A DNA stretch of 64,000 nucleotides from Chrysomallon squamiferum (Eukaryota > Animalia > Mollusca), in assembly GCA_012295275.1 (NCBI GenBank), contig CM022667.1, positions 3,162,001-3,226,000 on the forward strand. The letters are read 5' to 3'. A model generated the notes under the pieces. It had not been told where the DNA came from, ran no database searches, and was given only the letters and a program-made list of their open reading frames with translations. A program made the position numbers and the translations under genes. Shown here one piece after another: positions 1 to 13,688 of this stretch (position 1 is the first letter of the stretch; each line of letters opens with the position of its first letter).

Positions 1-358
1 GTATATATGTATGTATGTATGTATGTATATATATATACAGAAATACATGCATACATATTACACATACACATACATATTCATATGCTATAGCATACTGATG
101 TAGATATAATATACATGGGCTCATATTATGGATTCTGTAAATTTTAACTGTTAGTTATAAATATTATTAAGTTTAATGTTGTTGAATTCATGTAAATATA
201 AATTACACAGTGAAAAAAAAAATTCTTTACAAATCATGATCGTAAATTAACATTACCGTGTTTATATTCATTATTTTATGATACCTGGGCATGCGATATA
301 TACTAATAGGTTTCAGTTTTAATATCACAGATATATAAACTACTATTTTGTTACTTAC

Positions 359-471
359 CATACATGATATCCGTGAACTGCTTAAGCGTGTCCCAGACAA
401 TGGTATATCCACTAATCGTCTTCAATCCACCAGGGCGTTTTCACTTTTTTCATCTCCGTCAGGACTGACAT
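359..471 (-). other. Candidate first coding exon of an unidentified gene running off the left edge
   Basis: There is an aaaATG context at 471 and a perfect GTAAGT donor at 358-353. The reading MSVLTEMKKVKTPGGLKTISGYTIVWDTLKQFTDIMY requires removing one base in the ggg/tttt runs at ~433-441. A CpG-rich GC-box/CCAAT region lies upstream at ~980-1200. Confidence 0.3.
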
Positions 472-3380
472 TTTCTTTTCTTTCTGATCGTGTCCCCAGC
501 GTCTACTGAACACTCAGCTGTGATGTAAACTTTCTGACGACGTCATCAAGCGAAACAAACTCTCAGGAACAAAGTCTAAAGTATTGATTTGAGGTTCAGG
601 TAAAAATAATAATAATAATAATAAAAAGAAGAAGAACGTGAGGTTTTCTTGAAAAATGCATGAAGTCCACTGTTGAAAAGTATCTTTTTAAAAATAATAA
701 TATTAATTATTATTATTATTATGATGATGGCAACAAATATGTATTATTTCGTTCACTGAACTCAAACACTCGTCTTCAACTAACTGCAAAACAGACTTTT
801 TTTAACAAAACAGGCGTATTAAGTAAGACGTCTTCAGCCAAACAAAGGAGAGCGGTGGCGTTAATGGTCTTCGGTGTTGTAAACTTTCTCCCCGACTGAG
901 CTTGACTTTTGTTTAGAATATTATACTGACAGAAGAGACTCAGAAATCCACTCAGCTATTTCGACATGTTCATATCTTCGGAACTACCGCGCGAGCTCTC
1001 ACGTTTACGTCTGCTTCAGTCAAAAGCGATCTGCCCCGTGAAGCAGACACAGTCGCCTCTCGCGCTATATCGCCTTTCTCTTCGATGCAAGCGGTTCGTT
1101 GAATGGTGTCGGCTAACTTCGGCTCCGTCCGGAAAGACTCGGCTCTGGGGCGGCAGGGGGGGGAATAGAGAAAACATCGCCAATGAGTGACGACGAGTAA
1201 AATAGAGATATAAGCTTTAAAGCACGCGTCGTATAGTAATTAAAACAAAATATAATTTATTGCCTGCGTTTTGTTGCTGTTATTCATCATAACTGTGATA
1301 ACAATCTGAAAACGTTAAGCACGAGACAAGCTTAATTACAGCGTTTTAAAACATGCACGTTTTTCGTCAAGTCGAAAATAACAGGAATACGCAATGTCTT
1401 CAGCCTGGCGCCATCATTTTTACATTTTGTTATGCATCAGGGACAAATACGATCTGAGAAAGATGATAGGTGAAAAAAAAAATGAAGAAAACAGAGGGCT
1501 GGTCTACCCAACAGAAAACATAAGGCCACGCCCAGAATCTCCAGAGATTAAGAAGGTATTCAGCAGGGTCAGCAAAGTACTTTATTTTATGTCGTGTCCA
1601 ATAAATAAGCAATTAACAAATCGTTTAGCAGAGTGACTGTTTTTCAATAAAGTCTATAAAGTATGTAAGTTTTGAAGATGCTGATGTTGCCGAACAGCTA
1701 GAGAAATAACCTACCACAGATGTACAGACAGACAGACCGTCTGGAAATAATAGATTTAATATTTACATTCCCGTTTATTTCAGTTTAAAAAAAAAAATAT
1801 ATATATATATAAAAGATGTTTGACAAAAGGCAGGTTCATCGTGAGAATAATATTACTAATATAATTGGCATAATATATTATTTTTCAAAACTGGTCTATA
1901 TAAGGGTGAGGCATTAATATAAATATATATACAGTTTTTTGTCATTACATCAAGAACATTAGTTTGTCTTTATTAAGTAATCATATTAGTTACTATTTTT
2001 TATATTTTCTTTTATTAATTTTATCAGTATATGAATCTATAATCATTTTACTAAGTATTAATAAATTTTTTTAGTAAAGAAATTGGTATTAACTCCATTT
2101 TTTTCTGGATTCATAAAACTTTGTTGCAGATAAACTATTTCTGTATGAATCTTTGATTAAAAGAGATTTAAACTAAAAGTAGAATGTTAAGTGTTTGCCA
2201 TCCAACCGGGTACAAACTGCAGCCAATAAAATATTACTTCGAAATACGCACAGCCAATCAAATGTCATCACACCAAAAATAGTCAACTTGGAGATGCAAA
2301 AACGATCTATTGTACTTTTTTTTTTTTTTTTTTCATCCTTCCCGAGTGATTTGTACTTAAGGACCAAGAAAAAAAATACACAAAAAAAAAACCCCATCCA
2401 TGCCATCTGATCAGTGTTTGAAAAAAAAGAAAGAAAACATGACAACCCCAAACAGCTGTATTTTTTTAAAATTTATATCAAACATTTCGACGACAGTAGC
2501 TTTACATACCAACACGTCCGACTAACATAAATTCACGCTTGTGCTTTCAAACAAGGCAGTAATTTATTGTCTTATAATCTTTGAAATCTTCCCCATGCCA
2601 TATATGTATTCTATATATATATATATATATATATACACTAAAGCATTTAACGATTAGTACACTTCAGCCTTTGAGAATGTGTCGTATATAAAATCTTTTT
2701 TTTTCAGTGTTTTTCTTTCTTTTTTTTTCTTCTTTTTTTTTTTTATAATTTCTTAATTTTTTTTTTTACCCGATATTGTATATATATTTTTTTATATATA
2801 TATAAATTTGAAAGAAAAAAAAGGGTTACACAAAAGAGATTAGACAGTTGAGTGGTGCATCAGCTGGATACAAAAGCTTTGTTTTGCGTGAGATAAAGTT
2901 CACAAACCTGTTACGGCGCGTTACAAACGTGAAATTTTTACGATACATCGAGCGAAGCTTGCGTCTGTCTCTCGTCAGGACAATCTCAGACTCAACGATT
3001 ATAAATCACAGTCTTATCAAGAATTAAGTAAACCTTTTAGAACTGTTTTCAGTGTCGTGCTAAAAAAAAAAATAAAAAAAAAAAATAAAAAATAGATAGA
3101 TAGAAAATGGAGAATATATATATAAAAAAAAATCGAAGAAAAACGATACCATTTTTGTGTTGTCTGCATTAAAAAAAAAAAAAAAAACATTGAAGAAAAA
3201 AATGAAATGGGTTTTAAAAAAAGGTGAGGTTTGATGGTGTTAACCTCAGAAACAGTTTTGTTTATAATCTTTTTTAGGATAATACGGTATTAAATATCTC
3301 TTTTTTTTTTTTAAGAAGAAGAAGATCGGATGAATTTAAACATGTCTTCTGCCTACTTATCGCGTAACCATCAGAATGAA

Positions 3381-3456
3381 GTGCATATGAAAAGGTTCCT
3401 TGCTGTTAATCGAAAGGAGTAACCCATGAAGTATCAGCAGTAGTTTTCCTTTCATC
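3381..3456 (+). mobile_element. Degenerate SINE internal fragment
   Basis: gtgcatatgaaaaggttccttgctgttaatcgaaaggagtaacccatgaagt resembles a gastropod tRNA-derived SINE as I recall it. Other possible pieces: tail gtgcgtcgttaaac..ccttccttcc (~9930-9970), tail gtcgttaaacattcattcattc (~8808-8833) and gagaggaaacccgc (~20934). Recall only, not a database hit. Confidence 0.4.
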
Positions 3457-3736
3457 ATTTATAATATTGTAAAATCCTTTACCTGTGATGTTATTTAACA
3501 GAAAATATTAGATCTCTTGCATTGTGATTACAGGTAAAAATGAACTGAAGTGAGATTAAACCAGAATACGTTCTTTGTGGTTCAGTTATTCTTTCATTCG
3601 TTTACTCATTTATTCCATCACTGTAATAATTTAGACAGCTGTAATTTTTGGCACTGTCATTCACGCACACATACATATTCATATAATATACATATACATA
3701 TACATATTCATGCATACATACATATATATATATATA

Positions 3737-3759
3737 TGAGAGAAAAAAGAGAGGGAGAG

Positions 3760-3846
<87 letters not shown>
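3737..3846. repeat. (AG)n microsatellite (representative of many)
   Basis: Similar long (AG/CT)n tracts occur at ~6150-6254, 6647-6716, 7357-7443, 8880-8966, 13488-13684 and 22216-22620, and in intron 3 of every TNF copy. Confidence 0.95.
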
Positions 3847-3847
<1 letters not shown>

Positions 3848-5562
3848 GTCATTTCAAGGCGTAACTTTTCTTTCGACGACAGCCCACAAATAGATAGTTT
3901 ACCAAATTAAATATTTTCACATTTCTGCTAAGTGTTTCCCATATTGACTTAATAAGGATTGTGTTAGAACGCTGGATATTCGACACTGTTCTGTCAACAA
4001 ATCCAGTCGAGGTTTGTTTAAAATCACGTCATAACATATGTTACTGACACTTCAGGAAAATACAGGCTTCACTTTTCAAAACATCGCAATATGAGCAAGT
4101 TTTCAAAAAGCAACGCATTTCCTTGACGTAAGAACATATGCTGAAGGAGCATTACTTTCCTGGGTTTTTTTTTTTTTGTTGTTGTTGTAAATGTAAAGCA
4201 CAGAATAATATTTAAAACAAAAGGTATTTTACGCTGTAGGGAATATTGTCTTTTCAAATAAAAGAAAATGAATATTTAAAAAAACAAAAAAAAAAAAAGG
4301 TATTAACAAAATATAATTAAGTATAATAAAAAAAAACCCCAAAACTGTAAAATGAAATAAGAAAAATTAAAACTGAATTAAAGTTAATAAAATTATATAA
4401 ACATTATCCAAATAATAATAATAATAAAATTATCAGTATATATATATATATATATATATCAAAATTAAAATAAGATAAAATGAAATAAAACAATCAGTAA
4501 GGACAAAGATATTTTCAAAAAAAACCCCCAAAATCCCACTTAATGGAATCATTTTCAAGATAAAAATTCACCGTTACGATTTGTGTGTGTGTGGGGGGGT
4601 TAAATTATAAAACTATGTAACAGCGCCATAATTCCGTCGTCACAAATCAATAAACGCATGTTTATCGTCTGCTCCTGAAACGTGCATTCCGCCCTCAGTT
4701 TAAGAGCACCGCGCTGACAACGAGGCTGCACGCGCGAGCAAGGTGCTCGGGGAGAGGCGGCAGAGCCCGAACCGCCGATTACAGTTATTCCCCCCACCCC
4801 CCCCTCCGCTCTCCCCATCAAGAAAGAAAACAAATATCTCTATTAAACAAACACTAAAATGGAAGCAGTGAAAATAAACAGGAGTCTTGTGTGGTACGCG
4901 GTTTTTAGTGTTTGAAAGGGACTGCGGGGAAATCTGACTTCCCACTAATGCGGTTTATTACTGCGATAATGAGAGAACTCGTTAACGTTCGTTCTACCTT
5001 TGTACACTCGGTTTTTAACCATTGTTTTTTGTTTTGTTTTTTACACTCGTTGTAACTGAACCTGTTGCTGCTTGCACTCGGACATCTTTCTTACTGAATT
5101 CTGTTTGACACAGAACGTTTTAATACACTAGTGAGTGTGTAATACCAACAGAAAGTGAACGTGGATGTTATATTAAAGATTGTTAGCAATAGAATAAGAA
5201 TAAAGACATTAATATTTATTTTTATTAATATATATTTTTTTATATATATTATCAGAACGTCTACATTGACGTCCTTTTTTTAAAACATGTTCCAGCAGCA
5301 TTTTGTTCTAATATTTTTATATTCATTCATGATATATTAATACAGCAATAGTCTTAATAAGATATACGATTTTTTTTTTTTTTTTTTTTTTTTTTTAGTA
5401 TTCTAATATTTTCGTTATTATATTAATTATTTCAGTTAGATTCAGCTTCAAAATTTTTCCAATCCAGTGAGAATGCTTTTTTATTTATTCATTTTTTTAA
5501 TTTATAGAAGTTAAGGGGAAGAATTTTTCAAAGTACGATAAAGACACAGCAATATGAAAAAA

Positions 5563-5593
<31 letters not shown>

Positions 5594-5876
5594 TAATATA
5601 GTTTACGTTAAAGCGATTAGCTAGGTAAACACTTTAAAATTATCGTTTATTCTTCAGTAAGGCTAACGGTTTTCTGTAATAAAACACATTAAAAGCCTGA
5701 TGGAATAAACTTTCGCATTTTGTTTACGGGTATATAAAGATCGTTTCACCTCATGAAATATATATTTTTTAAAATTACATTTTTTTTCCTTTTATCTCAT
5801 TATATTTTTAAAAAATAATAATTCTAAGATTTTTATTTTTTTTTTTTTTTTTTTTTTTAAAAAACGCTCTTAAGTT

Positions 5877-5909
<33 letters not shown>

Positions 5910-6147
5910 GTCTAATTTTTGTTTCCTCGGATTTTCGTCAAAGAATCTACTGAAGAAGACGTCCGGTCTTTTCTTTCACGAGTTGGTTAAAACAACCGTT
6001 TGAACAAAGTTGATGAAGTGAACCGAAGCGACCAGTGACAAATGTGTTTTGACACATGAAAAGAAACCCGATCGCTGGCGATCTGCAACTCACAACAGGG
6101 GGGGGCAGTGATTAGTTTTCTCTCTGTGTTTGTGAGTGAGAGAGAGT

Positions 6148-6258
<111 letters not shown>

Positions 6259-6642
6259 TAAACGCAGTGTTTTTCTTTATATTTGTAAATGAATACAAAG
6301 ATGGATATACAGATAGAGAAACAGACACAGATATGTTTGCAGGATGTACGTGAGTTTTTCAGCACGCGAATTAACGTGTGCTCGTTTTTGACAGCTGTGC
6401 TGTATAATTAGTCTGAACCTTTACGATCGAGCTTAGACAAGATCAAAAACTGCCATTTTGCGGTTCTTCGTGATATTCGCTACGTGTCCGCACGCCGTTT
6501 ACACTTTTTAATCAACCGTTACCTCACAGACGTTTATGTTACGTTTTTTCATTACGTTTGAACTTGTTCCTCGGGCAGTGAACTGTCTAGTCTGAAGGTT
6601 TGGTCTATTTGTAATTTTTTATTATTTCTTTTTTATTTCTTT

Positions 6643-6713
<71 letters not shown>

Positions 6714-6727
6714 CTCATCAACAAAAC

Positions 6728-7182
6728 CATTACTATTGCTGCTGCTACTTACAACTACAAAACTTCACGTCTACTGCAATAACAGCTGTTGCTATCATTA
6801 ACAATAATTATTATATTATTGCAACAACTACCGCTATCCTTAACAAAAACTACAACCAATAATACTGCTACAACTGCTGCATTTAATACTGCTACAACAA
6901 CTGCTACCACTAAAACTGCTACAACAACTACTGCGACTAATACTACTACAACTACTACCACTAAAACTGCTACAACAACTTTATACTACTACAACTACTG
7001 CCATTAATGCTGCTACAACAACTACTACTGCCCCTTATAAAACTGCTACAACTACTACCATTAATACTACTACAACAACTACTACTGCATTAATAACGCT
7101 GCGACACTACTACCACTAATACTTGTACAACAACTACGACCACTACGACTGCTACTCTACCAGTCATACTGCCACGACTACG
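6728..7182. repeat. Cryptic (ACT/ACA/GCT)n trinucleotide low-complexity tract
   Basis: A degenerate triplet repeat that produces spurious poly-Thr and poly-Val ORFs. Confidence 0.85.
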
Positions 7183-7353
7183 AGTTTTTGTTCTTACAGC
7201 TGCTTTATAAATGATAGGGTTATTTCAAATTTAATGTAGTTGATTATACGTATAAAAGAATATGGAAGAATGTGTAAAGATAAAGAGTAAGAACAAGAAA
7301 AAGGAAATAAAATAACACAAGATTAAGGACGGAAGAAACCAAAAAAAGAGAAA

Positions 7354-7449
<96 letters not shown>

Positions 7450-7483
7450 AAAAGAAAAAATAAAAAAAAAAAATAAAAACTAC

Positions 7484-7514
<31 letters not shown>

Positions 7515-8532
7515 GAAACAAAAGGAATGAAGACGATGACAGAAAAGGTAATAAAGAAAGAAGAGAAAAGAAAATAAAGAAGAAAGAGAGAAAGAAAAAG
7601 AAAAGAACTAAAATTTCTGAAACTGAAAAAAAAAAAAAAAAAAAAAGAGAGAAAAGAAAAACTTGACGAAACTATAGAATATCGAAATGTCAAAGAAAAA
7701 AGAAACGAGAGCAGATAAAAATGACAGAAGAAAACTGACAAGTTAGAACAAAATTTTTTTTTTAAGAAGGCTGGAAATCGAGCTTGTCTCTTTATCACCT
7801 CTAATTTATGTCGATGGGCGTTCTCAGAAAAATCTTTAAGATTTTTCAACGTACATTTATAATTCTTTTTTTTCCAATCCCTGCTGTTATTCATTTATCA
7901 ACAAGAACAAGATTGCATTAGGAAGTGACAAACCAGTTCTGTCAAAGCGATAGGAATCTGCCGACATCTTTTTACTCTCACTAATTTCAGCATTCAACGA
8001 TTTTATCTTATCATAAATTATTTACTAATTCCAAGCCAATGAGTATGTTACACCTTTCGTGTTTGTAAGTAAGAGCAGTGACAAGGAAAAACAGGTAAGA
8101 AAAGAAACCATGGTAACAACGGAGGTAAGACAGGTAGTATTTTAAAAACATGATAAAAAAAAACACAAAAAAAAAAAAAACACGGCGTTATGAAAAGATA
8201 GCTGATATAAAACAAAATTTTGATATAGTTTACTTTAAAGAGGTTAGATAGGGAAATTATTTCTTGTGCGTGTTTACATGTCAGAAAACAAAACAAAAAC
8301 AAACATGTTTGTGTATTTACTGATAATGTCTTTTTTACGCACTCGAAGACTGTGTTCACTGATAACGTAATAAAATTAATAGAGCTACATTTCTCATTCT
8401 TTCAAAATTCAAGTAGCAGAAAAAAAAAAAAAAAAAATCATTCAGTCATACAGATTATAGAGACAAAGTATCTTAACACCTATTAAATATTAATACAAGT
8501 TTATGTAAAAAAAAAAAAAAAAAAAAAAAATA

Positions 8533-8592
<60 letters not shown>

Positions 8593-8875
8593 TGTGTTTC
8601 ATTCAGTACATCTCTATCTATCTATCTATTTCTGTCCATATCTCTGCATCTCTTTCTCTATATCTGCTGGCTAACTGTCTCTCTCTCTGTATGTCTGTCT
8701 TTCTGTTTCCATCCTTGCACCAGACTCTTCTCTTTTTCTGTTTTTCTATCACTATTTTGTTGTATTTACCTTTGACTTGACACCCAACATATTTGTCGTG
8801 CTGGGATGTCGTTAAACATTCATTCATTCATTCCTGTTCTGTTTTTACTTTCACTCTAGCTGTCTTCATTCAGTC

Positions 8876-8972
<97 letters not shown>

Positions 8973-9390
8973 GTCTATCCCATCATCCCTCAGTCCTTAA
9001 TTCAGCGACAATTGGTAGTACAACAATTTTTCATTTTGAACTCCTGAAGGGTCTCACGACACACTTTTTTTTTTTTTTTTCACTACTTTCTACAGTGAAA
9101 ACAAAAAACCGATCAATCTGAAATTCCTGAATTCGGGACGACATGCCATTTGCACTAAACGGCCGTCCTCGCCTTTTGAAAGCTGCTGTGAGTAAAATGT
9201 GAATATATTACTCCCTAAAGCATGCTTTCCCTTTCTGGCCATGTGTTCGGAGGCGCGGGTGTTAAGTAGAATGATGCCGAGACATATTATCTCCAGTAAT
9301 TGCATTACCAGGTCCGCGCTTCTGTTCTCATTATTCAAAAAAAAGGAAGCTGAAAGTTATTATTCAAATGGACGTTTTTTTTTTTGGTGG

Positions 9391-9673
9391 CGTTGACGGT
9401 TAAAATCATAATTATCCATACAATGAAATTTATATATCTATTATATAAATAAATCTCTTTGGATTACGTATTATCAAAGATTATACCAGATCGACAATGC
9501 ATATATGACTTTTTTGAAATAGGTGATTATTGCCGTTGACAGTTAAAATCGTAATTATCCGTAAAATGAAATTTATATATCTATTATATAAATACTTTTT
9601 TTTTTTTGGATTACGTATTATCAAAGATTATACCAGATCGACAATACATAATTGACTTTTTTGAAATAGGTGA
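9391..9673. repeat. Direct tandem duplication, 2 x ~140 bp
   Basis: cgttgac.gttaaaatc.taattatcc...ggattacgtattatcaaagattataccagatcgacaat...gacttttttgaaataggtga occurs at 9391 and 9534. Confidence 0.88.
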
Positions 9674-10410
9674 ACATTCTCGATGCTACTTTAAGGAATA
9701 ATTCCCGTTCCGACTCGTGCTCTCGCGATTGTTTTACTGTTAGGCTGTTGTTTAAGGTCTCTTCTTTAAGGGAAAGTTGTCTTTATCTTTATAATGATCC
9801 CTTGCAGCTGATTTAAAATAGTTGACCATTTTGCGCGAGATTCATAATCTGATTAATATCTGGTCCATAAGTACGTGCGCGTGACGTCACACAAGTGAGT
9901 ATTAAAAAAAAAAAAAAAAAAAAAAAATTAGTGCGTCGTTAAACAAACAATTTCTCCCTTCCTTCCTTTCTGAAAAGCAAACGAAACGACTTTCCAGACA
10001 GTTTTTGCTAACGCTTGCCACTCTGATGTTAATTTATGGATCTCCACAACTTATTATTCCATAAAGAATTCCGCGTGTGGCGCTGTCAGTCACGTGGAGA
10101 AGCCGAAGGCAGGCAGGCAGGCAGACGATACTGAGAGAGAGCGAAAGCGCGCGTTCTCTCGCTCGCTCGCTCGCTCGCTCGCGCTGGCAGAGCCCGGCTA
10201 AATATGTTTGTTTCGTTTACAGACAATTACTGTCGGATTGGTCTATTTGCGGGGTCATTTGCGCTGTTATTCCGTGAGTCGTAACGCATACTCAGCTCTG
10301 GAAGTGTAGCAACAAAAGAATTGGTTCCGTTTAATAACGGGAGAGAAAAAAAGAAAAGAAGAAAAGAACGTATAACAAGAGCGTTTTGTCAAAACAAAAC
10401 TCTTTTCAGG

Positions 10411-10455
<45 letters not shown>

Positions 10456-10779
10456 AAAAAAGGAACAGGAAAAGGATATGGAGAAGTACATCTAGAAGAT
10501 TGAAGAAGAAGAAAAAAGTAGGACGTGGAGAAGAAGACGAATAGAAGAAAAAGATGATTTAGTGTTTCAGAAAAATACAAAAAAATAAACAAACCTAAGG
10601 GGGAGAGGTGGGGGGAGAAGGAGGAAGAGAAAGAAAGAATGAACATTTTTTTTTTATTTGGAATGGAAAGATGAATAAATTCGTTGTGAAGATCATGGTT
10701 ATCATTATTATCATCATCATATAAAAACAAATAAAAATGTATGTTATGGATGAGGCAATCGTTGGTACAGCGTAACAGC

Positions 10780-11045
10780 TAGATAGACAGACAGAGAGAC
10801 AGACAGATAGATAAATGTAGAGAAGATAGATAGATAGATAGACAGATAGATAGACAAACAGACAGACAGACATATAGACAGATAGATAGATAGATTTAGA
10901 GAAGATAGATAGCCGAGAGAGAGATGGACAGACAGACACACAGATAGATAGATTTAGAGAAGATAGATAGAGAGACAGACAGACAGATAGACAGGCAGGC
11001 AGGAAGGCAAACAGACATACAGCCAGATAGAAAGATAGACAGAGA
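10780..11045. repeat. (AGAT/AGAC)n tetranucleotide tract
   Basis: A degenerate GATA/GACA repeat; similar tracts lie at ~11905-12060 and 16725-16813. Confidence 0.88.
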
Positions 11046-13443
11046 AATAAAGATTGCTTTAATAATGATAAAAATAAATGATGGTCAGTTTTTGACATTT
11101 TCTCTGACGTTTTGTTTCCGCCCCACTGACCACTTTTTGAATTTTGACGCCATCTTTGTGTAATTTCCTGCGTTTTATTAATTACTATGCGTTGTAATGA
11201 TTTCCGCCTGTCTTCGTTCATTTTCGTTGTCATGAAGACAAAACTGCCTTTGTGTCTACTTTATTTATTTATTTATTTATTTATTTCATTAACTTGTTCA
11301 ATAAATTAAACCAGCTGTATCCAGCCATTGCGCTGTCTAAATCTGTTACTAGAGCAGCTGATATTTTTCAAAAAAAAAAAAAAAAAAAAAATCCTTCCAC
11401 CTCAGAGATCAATAAATGTTTAAAAATATAAACAAAGAGTTATCTCTTCAAAATGTTATTGTTACATGTATTACAGCAACACGGACACCTGGTCATTATA
11501 CTCCTGCGTCGTGTTATTTCAGAGCTGGTACCGGATCGAATATCGGAACCTGAGCAGAGAGTCAACACGGCGGGCAGTGATTGGTGCCGTCTGCCAGTCA
11601 CGTGACGACCTGCTTATTACCCGCGCCGAACCGATACGTCTGCGTCGTTCGCGTGTACTACGCCTTAAAGGGCTAAATTCGAGCGTCGTGGCTGATGTAG
11701 CTTCAAAAACGCGTAAACGAATTAATTAAACGGTTTAAGGACACCGCGTTTTTTTTTTTTTTTTTAACTAAATCTACAAGTGATTTCACTAAAGTTTTTT
11801 TCTTAAGCTTACGTGAACGAACGCCACAGCTATTCAACTGAATTTATTTAATCTAACTTTTTAACCACAGAATGCATTATTAGTCATGAAGAAAGAAAAT
11901 AAAACATAGACAGATAGACAGCTTGACAGATAGACAGATAGACAGACAGACAGACAGATAGATAGATGTATAGATAGATAAGTAAGGAGATAGCAGTAGC
12001 TAATAGGTTATATAGATATCTAGAGAGAGATAGACAGACAGACAGATAGACAGATTGATACATTTTCACACCCGACCAAAGCAAAGATGCAGTTTTTCGG
12101 ATAACAAAGATTTTCAGACAAAATTTCGCCCGTGCCTTCTCGAACATTTCAACATCAGACTTAAAACCTGGAGAAAAAAAAAAAAAAAAAAAAAACCCTA
12201 ACAGATCACATTCAGATAATGTAGTCAAGAAAAACATTTATTCATGTCTGCTATCGGCGTCTAACATCAATTCTCGACTTCCATTCTATCTGGCAAAAAA
12301 AAAATAAAAATAAAAAAAAATAAAATAATACTCTTTCTTTTCAAAGTATGAGTGACACGTCACGTGCAGCTAGCGCGTGCTGAAACCCCCTCTCCCATAT
12401 ATACCCCCACCACACACACACACACTCAGACTATTTATTATATATTTTGAACAAACGTCGTTTCTGTAGTTACATACCAGTCTGACGACAGGATGTGTAT
12501 TTCATTTAACATTTTCGATAACTAAACATATTTCTGAGTGCGCATGTCACGATTAGTATTTCTAGAACCTTCCTTCGTCTGATGTTAGGCAAAAATATTA
12601 CACACAGGCGCGCGTTTTCGTATGACGTATAAGATTGCAAAATGTTTTTTTTTTTTATTTTTTTCAAAACTCGCGAGCTATTAATTATTTTAGGTGTTAT
12701 TTTTGAGCGGAGAAAAGAAATTATATTTTAAATAGACTATTCTGTTATGTGGTTGTTTTAAAAAGATTTAGCTTCAACTGGATAAATTGGATTGTATTTG
12801 TATTTTAGATGTAATGATTCTTTTATGAGAATATTTCAAGCAGAAATCTGCTGTAACATAACTTTCTAATGTAACTGAGTTTTTTTATTTGACGTATTTG
12901 ACGCAAACGGAATTTACTCATTATGTCTTAGAACTGAACATCACAGAAATATCTTCAGTTGAAATTATGGACATTGAAACGTGTTTAGCGAACATCTGAT
13001 TATTTTAAATTTAAAGTGTCATGTATGTTTATTTTAAATAGAATTTAGCAGTTAAAATTGTCTTAGAAAAAAAGGGGAAAAAAAAAAAAAAAAAGAAAAA
13101 GAAAAGAAGCTTGTTAGAGAGTTTTCCAAAAACAGTGTTTTGTGCGCAAACAATGCTGCTGAAGTAATTATAGATTTTTGGCATTAAGGTTGGTATGCGT
13201 TCAATTTGTTACTTCCGCGAGGCACTGCAAATTTAAGAAATGGCGTTGGATGTGTCATAAATGACATTTCTAAGCCAAAAAAAAAACAACAATTCTAGCT
13301 GTAGCTATTGAAAATAAAGTTAATATGACTACGTGTTTTTTCCCTCGCAGTGTTGAAGTGGAAAGAAAATGGTGAAATTATAAGAATAATGATCAAACAG
13401 GCAAAAACACAGACAAATATGAAGACTGATTTAAGAGATATTC

Positions 13444-13542
<99 letters not shown>

Positions 13543-13605
13543 CATATATATATAGATAGATAGACAGATAGATAGATAAATAGATAGATAGAGATTCATA
13601 TATAT

Positions 13606-13688
<83 letters not shown>

